This document shows, one piece after another, positions 28,798 to 38,570 of a stretch of 64,000 nucleotides of DNA. The stretch lies in assembly GCA_965207065.1 (NCBI GenBank), contig OZ242260.1, positions 416,001 through 480,000 of the forward strand, in the 5' to 3' direction. Below the pieces are notes generated by a model. The model was not told where the DNA came from. It did no database searches and worked only from the letters and a program-made list of their open reading frames with translations. This stretch comes from a bacterium. Lineage in GTDB: Bacteria > UBA8248. The translations under genes were made by a program, and so were the position numbers. Positions within the stretch are counted from its first letter, which is position 1. Each line of letters opens with the position of its first letter.

Positions 28798-30651
28798 CTA
28801 CGCGCTCGATTGCGCGGCGGATTCCCTGACCTTTTCGAAATACGCCTTGGCGTCATCGGGCAGGGATGTGAAGCGAAGCATCAGCCGGCTCCCGTCCGCC
28901 TCCACGACCTTCGCGTAGACGTCTGAAACGTCGGTTTCCTCACCCACCCGCAGCATGAGGTTCGCGTTCCTCTCGAAGGGGGTTTCCGCCTCCACGTCCA
29001 GGCAGTTCTCGGAAGCCCGCTCTATCGCAGCATCTACCGCTTCTTCCGACACCGTCTTGCCCTCTACCGCGAACACCAGCACCTCGATCGGCGAGGCGAG
29101 GTCCACGAACGTCTCGGGCGCGGCTTCGGGCATCTCGCACGCATAAGGCCCCGACATGCCCCGCACCTCGTAGACGCGAACCGGCTCATCCAGCCCCTTG
29201 AAGCGAAGGTCCTGCGTATCGCCCACCTGAACGAATTCTGCCATTTTCTCATACGTATCCATGCTGATGAGCACCTGCCCGCTCACGGTGTAGGACTCGA
29301 TGCGGTAGGCCATGTTGATGGCCGTGCCCATCGCGCCGTACTTGGTGCGTTTCTCCGAACCGATGTTGCCGACGATCACCTCGCCCGTGTTGATGGCGAC
29401 CCCCATGTGAAGATCGGGCATGCCCCGCGCGCGCTGCTCCTCGTTGATCTCGACGAGGGCGCGCTGCATCTCCACGGCGCAGGCCACGGCCCGGGCGGAG
29501 TCGTCGGGCTCGGCGAGCGGCGCTCCGAAGAACGCGAGAATGCCGTCGCCCTGGAACTCGTCCACCGTGCCCCGGTGTCTGGTGATGATATCCACCATCG
29601 GCTCCAGGAAACGGTTCACCACATCGATGACTTCGCCCGGTTCAAGGCGCGAGGAGAGGGCGGTGAACCCCCTGAGATCCGATACCAGAAAAGTCACCTC
29701 GCGCACCTCGCCGCCGAGCTTGAGGCCATCGGGCGAGTTCAGGAGTTCGTCCACGATCTCCTTGCTGATGTAGCGCCCGAAGGTGTCGCGGATAAAATCG
29801 CGCTGTTTCAGGCCATCGATCATGCCCTCGAAAGAGGTGGCCAGGCGGCCCACCTCGTCGCGGCTCCTCTTCTCGGGAACAGTGACGTCGAGGTTGCCCC
29901 GGCTCACCTCTTCCGCCGCGCTCGTCAGGTTCCTAATCAGGCGCAGCATCCGGGAGGAGATGACCCAGAAAAGGATGAGGCCCAGGGCGACCAGGATGAT
30001 CGTAAAGCGCAGCAGCTTGAAGGTGTTCGTCGCCACCTGCTCGGCCACGGGGTTCGCAATCTTGTTGAGCACGAGGATGGCCACTACCTTGCCGCCCAGC
30101 TTGAGCGGCGTGTTGAGCTGCAGGAACTGGTCGAACTCGCGATCCCCCACCTTTCCGCCGAAGAGCCGGGAGCGCATCATCTCGCCCTTGTTCCAGGTGT
30201 CGTTCGTGGCCTTGTAGGTGGCGGGGAAGAGCTTGTGGATGTGGGCGTCCTGGCCGATTTGGAACCCGTCGTGAGCGGCGGCGACGTATCCGTAGCTTCC
30301 ATCGGCGCGCCGGCGCATGATGATGGCGTTGTCCACGCCCGAGTTCTGCTTGATGCGCCGAAGGGCGGCGAGCACCTCCCTGTACTCGGCGGTGTTCTTG
30401 TCGCCGGGAACCCTCAGGCTGTGGACGGCTTCCGCATCAATCAAGGCGGAGCCGCGCTCGGCGATGAACTCGAGTCTGGCCGATAGCACGTTGAGCTCGT
30501 AATTGTAGCTCGACTGATAATACCGATAGGACATCGGAACGATGGCGACGATGAGAATGATCAGGACGAGGACGAGGCTCTTGAAGGCGATAGAGCAGTA
30601 AAAACCCTGCCTTGCTTCGGCGCCCGGTTCGGGATTGCTGGATTGGGACAT
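28798..30651 (-). CDS. Membrane class III adenylate/guanylate cyclase with HAMP domain
   Basis: Two TM helices, HAMP (RDEVGRLA), SDLRGFT, FQGDG, GNIGS. Confidence 0.9.
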   Translation of the reverse strand: MSQSSNPEPGAEARQGFYCSIAFKSLVLVLIILIVAIVPMSYRYYQSSYNYELNVLSARLEFIAERGSALIDAEAVHSLRVPGDKNTAEYREVLAALRRIKQNSGVDNAIIMRRRADGSYGYVAAAHDGFQIGQDAHIHKLFPATYKATNDTWNKGEMMRSRLFGGKVGDREFDQFLQLNTPLKLGGKVVAILVLNKIANPVAEQVATNTFKLLRFTIILVALGLILFWVISSRMLRLIRNLTSAAEEVSRGNLDVTVPEKRSRDEVGRLATSFEGMIDGLKQRDFIRDTFGRYISKEIVDELLNSPDGLKLGGEVREVTFLVSDLRGFTALSSRLEPGEVIDVVNRFLEPMVDIITRHRGTVDEFQGDGILAFFGAPLAEPDDSARAVACAVEMQRALVEINEEQRARGMPDLHMGVAINTGEVIVGNIGSEKRTKYGAMGTAINMAYRIESYTVSGQVLISMDTYEKMAEFVQVGDTQDLRFKGLDEPVRVYEVRGMSGPYACEMPEAAPETFVDLASPIEVLVFAVEGKTVSEEAVDAAIERASENCLDVEAETPFERNANLMLRVGEETDVSDVYAKVVEADGSRLMLRFTSLPDDAKAYFEKVRESAAQSSA

Positions 30652-30827
30652 GTCGCGCCTCCGGCGGCGGCTCCAGAGGCCAGTATACACCAGCGGCTCG
30701 TGAGGAAAAGCCAAAAACGTGGGGGATTTCCACCCCTAAATGCGGGCGGCGGCCAGCGCTCCCCGGCGCGCAAGGACAACTAAGAAGCCCTCCGTACGCG
30801 GGGCTGTAGATGAAGCCCCCCTGACAA

Positions 30828-31090
30828 GGAGCTGTTGAAAAAATACCCTTTTCAAGGGATGGAGGGGACGCACCTCTCCACTGGAAACCCAACCCCCCCT
30901 ACCCCCCCTTGTCGGGGGGTAAGAAAGAGCAAAGCCCTCTCTACCCGGCGGGGCGCATCGCCTTTTTATACCCCCCTGACAAGGGGGGGGTAGGGGGGGT
31001 TGCTTCCGACATGGGAGGTCGGGGGTTCGCGCGAAAGCGGCCTTCCCGCTAAAGGCAATGTCCCCCGACGAGGATTTTTTCAACAACCGC
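30828..31090. mobile_element. MITE-like element with IS1182-like ends carrying a poly-C/poly-G palindrome pair
   Basis: ggagctgttgaaaaaat ... attttttcaacaacc; inverted CCCCCCTACCCCCCCTT units inside. Confidence 0.6.
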
Positions 31091-31091
31091 C

Positions 31092-32099
31092 TCAAGCCGT
31101 GCGCTTTTTTCCCACGTAGTCGAGCAGGACGGCGAGGATGATGATCGCCCCCACGGCCAGGAGCTGCCAGTCGGCGGCTATCCCTAAGAGGTTCAGGCCG
31201 TTTCGGATACACGCGATGATGAGCGTGCCGATGACGGTGCCGATGATGCGCCCCTCGCCGCCCAGCAGCGAGGCGCCGCCGATGACGACCGCGGCGATGA
31301 CGTCCATCAAGTCGAACATGCCCATAATGGCCTGGGCGGCCATGAGGCGCGAGGCCATCACCACGCCCGCGAGCGCGCCGCAGAAGCCGCTGAAGACGAG
31401 CACGAACAGCTTGACGGCGAAGACGTTCACGCCGGCGACGCGGGCGGCCTCCTTGTTGCCGCCGACGGCGTAGATGTTCGTGCCCAGGACGGTGCGCGAG
31501 AGGATGAGGTGCGCGGCCAGGAAGACGACGCCCATGATGACGGCGGCCATGGGAAACGGACCCAGGTAGCCCTGCCCCACCACGCTGAACGCCTCGGGCA
31601 GGCCGAAGATGGACTGCTCGCCCGTGAGGATGAGCGCGCCGCCGCGTGCGAGGCTGTCCATCGCCAGGGTGAGGATGAAGGCGGGAATCGCGAACCAGCC
31701 CACGAACACCCCGCTCACCCCGCCCAGGATCACCCCGAGAATCAGCGTGGCGATCACCGCCGGGACGATGGGCACGCCGTATTCCTTGAGCAGCAGGGCG
31801 ACAACAACCGCGCCCATCGACTGGATGGAGGCCACCGAGAGGTCGATCTCTGCACAGATGATGACCAGCGTGAGGCCCGCCGCCATGATGCCGATGTTAG
31901 ACGACTGGAGCAGGATGTTCATCATGTTCGAGACGGTGAAGAAGTTCTCCGCCGTGATGGAGAGAAAGACGATCAGCAGGATGAGCGCAAGGTTCAAGCC
32001 GTACTTCGAAAAACCGGACGCGATGAGGGAGGAGATGCTGTATCCCCCGCTCTGCGCGGCAGAACCCCGCCCGCTATCCGCCTTTCCTTCACCGCTCAT
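31092..32099 (-). CDS. Sugar ABC transporter permease (RbsC-like)
   Basis: IDLSV, YAVGGN, IAAVVIGG; multiple TM helices. Confidence 0.9.
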   Translation of the reverse strand: MSGEGKADSGRGSAAQSGGYSISSLIASGFSKYGLNLALILLIVFLSITAENFFTVSNMMNILLQSSNIGIMAAGLTLVIICAEIDLSVASIQSMGAVVVALLLKEYGVPIVPAVIATLILGVILGGVSGVFVGWFAIPAFILTLAMDSLARGGALILTGEQSIFGLPEAFSVVGQGYLGPFPMAAVIMGVVFLAAHLILSRTVLGTNIYAVGGNKEAARVAGVNVFAVKLFVLVFSGFCGALAGVVMASRLMAAQAIMGMFDLMDVIAAVVIGGASLLGGEGRIIGTVIGTLIIACIRNGLNLLGIAADWQLLAVGAIIILAVLLDYVGKKRTA

Positions 32100-32124
32100 T
32101 GCTCCCCTCCCTTACCGAACCACC

Positions 32125-33711
32125 TTACGCCGCTATGCCCGTCGCGTAGCGCATGATGGTTTCCGCATCGGCGTCCTCACGAAGCACCTCGCCGGTGATG
32201 CGGCCTTCGTTCATCACGATGATCCGGTTGCAGATCGCCGTGACTTCGGGCAACTCCGAGGATATCACGATGATCGCCACCCCGAGCTGCGCCAGTTCTT
32301 CAAGAATCCGGTAAATTTCCACCTTGGCGCCCGCGTCGACGCCCTTGGTGGGCTCGTCGAGAATGACGATGCGCGCGCCCGTGGATATGCCCCGCGCGAG
32401 GAGCACCTTCTGCTGGTTCCCGCCGCTGAGTTGGGCGATCTGGTCCGTCAAGGAGGCGACCTTGATGCTCAGCCGCTCCACGTAGTCGCGCGAGAGGTCC
32501 GTTGCGCCCGATCCGTTGACCCAGCCCAGAAGGCGCGTGAGCTTGCGTGAGCGGCTCTCCCGGCCGAAGTTGAACAGGGTGATCAGCAGGTTCTCCAACA
32601 CCGATAAGAGCGGGAACACGCCCTGATTCTTGCGATCCTCAGTCAGAAAGGAAAGCCCGTGGCGGATGGCGTCCCGGGGTTTCCTGATTCTCACCGGCTC
32701 GCCGTCGATGAACACCTCGCCGCCATCGGGCCGCTCCAGGCCGAAGAGCGCGCGGAACAAATCCGTACGCCCTGCGCCGACCAAGCCCGCGAAGCCCAGA
32801 ATCTCGCCCCCCTTCACCCTGAAACTCACGTCGCTGAACACACCCGTTTGCGTGAAATTCCTGACTTCGAGAACCTCCTCGCCCATCTTGCCCGAAATCC
32901 TGGGGTAGCGCTCGCTGAAGGTTCGCCCCGTCATCATGCGGATCAGGGTGTCGATATCGGTGTTCTCGGCGCCGATGGTCCCGACGTGGCGGCCGTCGCG
33001 CAGGACGGAGATGCGATCGCCGATAGCGAGGCAATCCTCCAGCGTGTGGGAGACGTAGACGACCCCGATGCCGCGCTCCGTCAAGCGCTCGATGACGCCA
33101 AAGAGCGCTTCTTTTTCCCCGGGGCCCAGGGAAGAGGTAGGCTCGTCCATCAGGATGACTTTCGCATCGAAGGCGACCGCCTTGGCGATTTCGAGAAACT
33201 GCATGTCCGAGAGGCTCAAATTCAACACCTCGGCGTTCGGGTCGACCTCGATCCCCAGTTCGGTGAAAATCTCCCGGCAGCGCCGCTCCATCGCCGCCTC
33301 ATCGCGCACGCCCAGCCGCCCGAGCAGACGGTTTGCGCTCCTCAAATCGCGGCCCAGGAAGAGATTGCTCTTCACGTCCATCAGCCGCACGAGGCTCAGT
33401 TCCTGGTGGATGACGCTGATGCCGAGCTCCCGCGTGAGCGCAGGCGAGCACCTCTCGATAACGCCGCCTTCGAACACCATCTCGCCGGTATCTTTTTCAA
33501 CGACGCCCGCGATGATCTTGATCATGGTCGACTTGCCGGCCCCGTTCTCGCCCAGAAGCACGTGGACCTCGCCGGGGCGGACGCCAAAATCCACACCGTC
33601 GAGCGCCACGACGCCCGGAAAACGCTTGCCGATACCGCGCATGTCGAGAATGAGGCGCTCCGCCGCGCCCTCAGGGGGAGATTCGGGTGGATTGGAGGGG
33701 GATGACGTCAT
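32125..33711 (-). CDS. Sugar ABC transporter ATP-binding protein (RbsA-like)
   Basis: GENGAGKST, LSGGNQQK, two DEPT motifs. Confidence 0.93.
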   Translation of the reverse strand: MTSSPSNPPESPPEGAAERLILDMRGIGKRFPGVVALDGVDFGVRPGEVHVLLGENGAGKSTMIKIIAGVVEKDTGEMVFEGGVIERCSPALTRELGISVIHQELSLVRLMDVKSNLFLGRDLRSANRLLGRLGVRDEAAMERRCREIFTELGIEVDPNAEVLNLSLSDMQFLEIAKAVAFDAKVILMDEPTSSLGPGEKEALFGVIERLTERGIGVVYVSHTLEDCLAIGDRISVLRDGRHVGTIGAENTDIDTLIRMMTGRTFSERYPRISGKMGEEVLEVRNFTQTGVFSDVSFRVKGGEILGFAGLVGAGRTDLFRALFGLERPDGGEVFIDGEPVRIRKPRDAIRHGLSFLTEDRKNQGVFPLLSVLENLLITLFNFGRESRSRKLTRLLGWVNGSGATDLSRDYVERLSIKVASLTDQIAQLSGGNQQKVLLARGISTGARIVILDEPTKGVDAGAKVEIYRILEELAQLGVAIIVISSELPEVTAICNRIIVMNEGRITGEVLREDADAETIMRYATGIAA

Positions 33712-33842
33712 GGGCGAGTCTTCCAGTTGGGAAATCGGGCGGCGCAGACGTGCACCACGTTCGCCTCCGGGGGTTGTTGAAAAACCCTTGTTCTTGTAAT
33801 TCGGCGTTTACAGCCGACTAGAGAGGGAATTCGACTCCGATT

Positions 33843-33977
33843 TGTAGGGGTCGCATACATGCGACCCATGCGGATGAACCAAAACCACGCTCATCGGCAA
33901 TCCCCTCGCCCGAATCGCGCCAATGACCCAAAAGGGGCGAATATCAAATCTTGGGTCGCATGTATGCGACCCCTACA
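33843..33977. repeat. GTAG-type REP doublet, preceded by a lone IS1182-like end at 33770
   Basis: tgtaggggtcgcatacatgcgaccc and its inverted copy gggtcgcatgtatgcgacccctaca. Confidence 0.7.
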
Positions 33978-34087
33978 CTCCTCCCTCGTTCTTTCCGGCC
34001 AATCGGGCGACTGCGGGGGCCGGACAGACCCCGTGCCTGTCCGACGTCGTTCATTCATCAATCGTGTTTGATCCTCCGCGCGCGCCG

Positions 34088-35293
34088 CTATATCTCCAGC
34101 GGCTCTCTCGGGAAAGACGTAAAGGAGACGCCGCCTTCTTTCGTGACGTGCACCATGTCCTCGTTGCCGAACAGATAGGTGTTGTCGACGGCGATGCGCG
34201 GCTCGACGGCGAGCACCATGTTCTCCTCGAGAGGGAGTGTCTCGATTCCCATGTCGGGGCGCTCGTGGATGTCCCATCCCAGGCCGTGGCCCAGGAACCT
34301 GTCCCACAAATCGAACCCGGCGTCGCGGGCCATCGCCTCGGCCGTGTCGACGAGCCCGCTCGCTAAGACGCCCGGCTTCGCCTCCTCGATGACCGTCCGC
34401 TGAATTTCCAGAATCGTCTCATAAGCGCGGCGGTGGGCCTCCGTCACCGGCCCCATGGCGCGCGTGCGCGAGGAGTCGACCGGGTAGCCCTCGAACCGCA
34501 TGCAGATATCCCAGTGCACGACGTTGCCGCGCTCGATGGCCTTGCCCGGATTCGGCATGTGCAAAAGCGCGCCCGCCACCGGATAGCCGCTGCAGATGAG
34601 GCTCGGCGAAGAACTGCACGAATCCTCGTAAATCGGGTCGGCGGAACGCATCGCGTGATCGGCGGCGCGGATGAGTTCAAGCTCCGTCGTGCCGACGCCC
34701 TCCGTGCTCAGGATGGCGGCGACGGTCTCATGGCCCAAGTCCGCGACCCGGCCCGCCTTGCGCATCATCTCCAGGTCGAAATCGCTCTTCACCATCCGGA
34801 GTTCTTCGACGATGGTCGAGCGCACGATTTCGAGGTCCGGGAACGTCTCCCGCATCCCGGCGTAGAGGGGCGCGGGGAATTTGTCGAACGTCTCGATTCC
34901 GACGCGCTTCACGTCGCCGGTGTCGCGGATGAGCATCTCCAGGTTCTCGACGGAGAGGCCGTCTCCTTTTTTCGCCGAGAACCCCTCCCCCGCCACGATG
35001 CGCGGGACGCACACCTCGCGCGTCGGCATGAGGCCCGGATCGACCATGAGCGCGGGGTCGTCGGTTTGCGTGATGAAGGCCGCGCCCCCGTCGACGATGG
35101 CGGTCTCCGTGGTCGTCAAGCTGATCCACCCCGCCCGGTCGGGAAAGTAGTCGGTGAGATAGCGCAGGCTGCCGGAGAGCTTGTTGTTGCCGTAGACGAT
35201 CAGGGCGTCGTATTCGCGCTCCGCCATCAGCCGCCGGGTGTTCGCCAGTCGCCTGTCGATTTCGGCCTGGAGCACGTCGCGTGGAATGGGCAT
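34088..35293 (-). CDS. M24 (Xaa-Pro peptidase/creatinase) family protein
   Basis: GHGLGWDIHERP, AVEP, EDMV. Confidence 0.85.
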   Translation of the reverse strand: MPIPRDVLQAEIDRRLANTRRLMAEREYDALIVYGNNKLSGSLRYLTDYFPDRAGWISLTTTETAIVDGGAAFITQTDDPALMVDPGLMPTREVCVPRIVAGEGFSAKKGDGLSVENLEMLIRDTGDVKRVGIETFDKFPAPLYAGMRETFPDLEIVRSTIVEELRMVKSDFDLEMMRKAGRVADLGHETVAAILSTEGVGTTELELIRAADHAMRSADPIYEDSCSSSPSLICSGYPVAGALLHMPNPGKAIERGNVVHWDICMRFEGYPVDSSRTRAMGPVTEAHRRAYETILEIQRTVIEEAKPGVLASGLVDTAEAMARDAGFDLWDRFLGHGLGWDIHERPDMGIETLPLEENMVLAVEPRIAVDNTYLFGNEDMVHVTKEGGVSFTSFPREPLEI

Positions 35294-35376
35294 GAAAATC
35301 CCCCTGGGCGAGCGGACGCGCGCAGAGACGGGGCGTTAAAGCCCTGCCTCCGCCGCGCGGCCTCGCGTTTGTACTC

Positions 35377-36327
35377 TTACTTGATGCCGGCTTTCAGATT
35401 CTTTCCGACCGCCTGAAGCAGCCTCGTGTCGAGCGGAATCGTGCCGGTGTCGATCGTGTACTTGGACTTGTCGTCCTTATCCATCGCCACGTCGACGCCC
35501 GTGCGAACGAGCTGCTTGCCGACGGAGTCGCAAAAAGTCAGCACTGTCGCCAGCATGTTGCCGCGATAGACTTCCTGCATCGCCTCTTCGACGCCGTTGA
35601 AGCCAGTGACGATGATCTTGCCGAGCTTGCCGCGCGCCTTGACGGCCTGGAGCGCGCCGAGGGCCATGTCGTCGTTCACGGCGACGATGGCCGAGATGTC
35701 GGGATGCGCCGTCAGGATGTCCTCGGCCTTCTTGAGCCCCTGCGCGCGGTCCCAGTTGGCCGCCCAGACGCCGACCACCTTGATGCCCTTGTACTTGGCC
35801 AGCGTGTCCCTGGCGCCCCTTTTCCGCAGGATGCTGGACATGTTGCCCGGCACGCCCTCCATGAGCGCGACCTTGCCCTTGCCGCCCAGTTCCTCGGCGA
35901 CGGCCTTGGCGACTGCCGACTGCCCGTAGTACTGGTCCGGCCCGACGAAATGCCGCGCCACCTGCTTGGCCAGGTCGTCGGAATGGATGAGCACACGGAT
36001 GCCGCTTTTCTGCACCTTCTTGACAGTCTGCACCATCGCGTTCGGGTCGATGGCGCTGAAAGCGAGGACGTGCACGCGCTTCTGGATCATGTCGTCGATC
36101 ATCTTGGTCACGCCGATCAAATCGGTGCCCAGGGCGCCGCTCAACACCGTGAGCTTGACGTTGGGATGGTTCTTGGCTTCCGCCTCGGCGGAACGCTTGA
36201 GACACGCGAAGTAGGGGTTCCCCAGCGTTTCCACCACGATGCCTATCTTGATGTCCTTCGCGAACGCGGGCGACGTAAACCCGGCGAACGCCAGTGCCAC
36301 GATAACGATGCCGATCATGCGCTTCAT
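35377..36327 (-). CDS. Sugar ABC transporter substrate-binding protein
   Basis: Signal peptide, NPYF, ANWD, NDDMALGA. Confidence 0.9.
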   Translation of the reverse strand: MKRMIGIVIVALAFAGFTSPAFAKDIKIGIVVETLGNPYFACLKRSAEAEAKNHPNVKLTVLSGALGTDLIGVTKMIDDMIQKRVHVLAFSAIDPNAMVQTVKKVQKSGIRVLIHSDDLAKQVARHFVGPDQYYGQSAVAKAVAEELGGKGKVALMEGVPGNMSSILRKRGARDTLAKYKGIKVVGVWAANWDRAQGLKKAEDILTAHPDISAIVAVNDDMALGALQAVKARGKLGKIIVTGFNGVEEAMQEVYRGNMLATVLTFCDSVGKQLVRTGVDVAMDKDDKSKYTIDTGTIPLDTRLLQAVGKNLKAGIK

Positions 36328-36486
36328 AGACTTTCCTCCCCGGTTAGATCTATGGCCCAGTGTGCAATCGCATTCTTTGAAATGTGGTGATGGGAAAATC
36401 ATCACACACAAGGCTTCGGCGCGTCAAGAAAGAAGACCGGCGGCGATGGGCCGAAGAAACGCGTCCGCGGTGAGTACTTCCTGCTT

Positions 36487-36772
36487 GGGATTCTTGAAAA
36501 AGCCCTAAAGATTAGCAGCCTTCTAAATACCTTTGTCGATAAGAAATCACTCCCCCTTTGAGGGTCGGTCTATCCTCCTCGGGTAGACCGACGAAGAGGC
36601 CGAGCCCTTGGGCGAAGGCCGATTCGGTGGGGGGACATGCCACAGAAAAGCTCCCCCCACCGACTCGCTTGCGGGCTTACGCCCTTATCTCGTCGACTCC
36701 CCCTCAAGGGGGAGTGAACTTCAAAAGCGTGCGCACAATCTAAATTCGCTTCCCAGGCTTTATCAACATCCC
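36487..36772. mobile_element. MITE-like element with IS1182-like ends carrying a TCACTCCCCC..GGGGGAGTGA palindrome
   Basis: gggattcttgaaaaagcc ... ggctttatcaacatccc; internal repeat of the same family as at 26983-28712. Confidence 0.6.
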
Positions 36773-36797
36773 GGCCCCCGCCGCCGGTGGAATCTCC

Positions 36798-38543
36798 CTA
36801 CTTGGGCGGGATAATCGGCAGGAGCACGTGGGAGGGATGATCGGGGCCGGTATGGATCGTCACCTCGCCGCCGAAGACCTCGGGCGGCCTGTCCACCGGG
36901 TCGTTATGCCGGAACGGCCCCACGCCCGAGAAGACGGCGGGCATGTTCGGAAGCCCCTGGGTGATTCCGCCCGGGTAGACGTAGTCGCAACCCCGGACGC
37001 TCAAGGCGATGCGATGGCCCTTTGGAACCACGATGGAGGTCGGCCAGATCTCGACGTCGAGTTCATATATCCCGCCTGGCGTCAGCGGCTGCACCTCGTC
37101 ATGCGCGTGGTAGGGCCGGTAGGGCAGCGTGAGTGATTCATCGAGCTTCCGGTGCGAGGCCCTGAGCCAGCCCTGGGCCACCGGGGTTTTGGGGTCGAGC
37201 GCGCCCTGGAAAGTGACTTCCCTGAAATCGGGCGTGAAAACACGAAGGACGAGGAACAGATCGGCGTCCTGGGTTTCAGATGACACCCACAGCTTGGACG
37301 CCAGGGGGCCCGTGAGCTCGGTTTCGCGCTTCAAGGGGGGCGAGACGAACGTCACCCCGTCGCTCAAGCCGGCGTAAGTGGCCGAACCCGCCTCCTCTGG
37401 CGCGGCCTCGCCGAGCAGGTGGCCTTCGGTGTGGAGGTAGAGCTTCGTCCAGTTCGTACGCGCGATGGGCCACTCGTTCTCCGCGCGCTCCACGAACTTC
37501 TCGCCGGGGTGGCGCACCTGGAGCAGGACCCTCGGCTGATCCTGCCAGCCGGTGTCCTCGCCCTTGAGGTAATGGCCGAAGAATTTCTTCTGCAGCGCCA
37601 CGCCGTAATCGGTGTAAAACTCCGTCCAGTGCTCGATGCCGTGGCTCTCCAGCCATTTCTCCTCAGACGCCGCGCGCATGAAGGCCTCGCAGTTGCCCCT
37701 CGGGTGAAGCCCCTGCCCGCCCCAGTTGTTGGAGGAGAGAAAGGGCACCTCAACCAGGGACCAGTCCGGCGTTTTCGCCTGCCAGTATTCATCATCCAAG
37801 GGATGCGCGCGCATCTCCGCACCCAGGCGGCAGCGGTTCGCCCCGAGTTCTTCTTCGCTCAGCGTGTCCGGCCCGGATACCCAATCGCCCGTCACCCGGC
37901 TCTTGTAGCCGCGCTCGCCCAGGCCGTGCTGCTTGGAACGCCCCCTGTTCTGATACCAGTTCTCCGTGAAGGTGCAGTAGATGCCGCCGTGGTAGTTCAT
38001 GTCGCGGTAGAAATCCGCCGCCCCCTCCCAGGCGCACATGGCGACGAGATGAGGCGGCTTCAGGCAGGCGACCTGCCACTGGTTGATGGCGTAATAGGAG
38101 ATGCCGTTGATCCCCACCTTCCCGTTGCTCCAGGGCTGAGCGCCCGCCCACTCGATGCACTCGTAGAAATCGCGCGTTTCGCGATCCGAAAACGGGTCCA
38201 TATACCCCGGCGATCGGCCCGCGCCCCTCGAATCCACCCGCAGGCAGACGTAGCCGTCCGGCACCCATTTCTCGGGGTCCACCACCTCCCAGTTCTGGTA
38301 TTTGTTCGAGGAACCCGCGGCGACGTCGGGGTGTTGCTCCACCATGCGCCGCCACTGTTCGGGATAGCCGTCCTCGAAATGGAGCCACTTCCCGTAAATC
38401 CCGTAGGTGATAATCACGGGATAGCGGCCCTCATCTATGGGCCGGTAGACGTCGCAGCGAAGCACGAGTCCATCGTCCATCTCGACCGGTACCTCCCAGT
38501 CGATCCGCATGCCGTCGGCTATTTCGGATTTACGCCCTCTCAT
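36798..38543 (-). CDS. CocE/NonD-family hydrolase
   Basis: DSRGAGRSPG, WSNGKVG, GISYY nucleophile motif, GWLRASHR. Confidence 0.9.
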   Translation of the reverse strand: MRGRKSEIADGMRIDWEVPVEMDDGLVLRCDVYRPIDEGRYPVIITYGIYGKWLHFEDGYPEQWRRMVEQHPDVAAGSSNKYQNWEVVDPEKWVPDGYVCLRVDSRGAGRSPGYMDPFSDRETRDFYECIEWAGAQPWSNGKVGINGISYYAINQWQVACLKPPHLVAMCAWEGAADFYRDMNYHGGIYCTFTENWYQNRGRSKQHGLGERGYKSRVTGDWVSGPDTLSEEELGANRCRLGAEMRAHPLDDEYWQAKTPDWSLVEVPFLSSNNWGGQGLHPRGNCEAFMRAASEEKWLESHGIEHWTEFYTDYGVALQKKFFGHYLKGEDTGWQDQPRVLLQVRHPGEKFVERAENEWPIARTNWTKLYLHTEGHLLGEAAPEEAGSATYAGLSDGVTFVSPPLKRETELTGPLASKLWVSSETQDADLFLVLRVFTPDFREVTFQGALDPKTPVAQGWLRASHRKLDESLTLPYRPYHAHDEVQPLTPGGIYELDVEIWPTSIVVPKGHRIALSVRGCDYVYPGGITQGLPNMPAVFSGVGPFRHNDPVDRPPEVFGGEVTIHTGPDHPSHVLLPIIPPK

Positions 38544-38570
38544 CGCGCACCTCTCGTGTTTTGTCGGGAA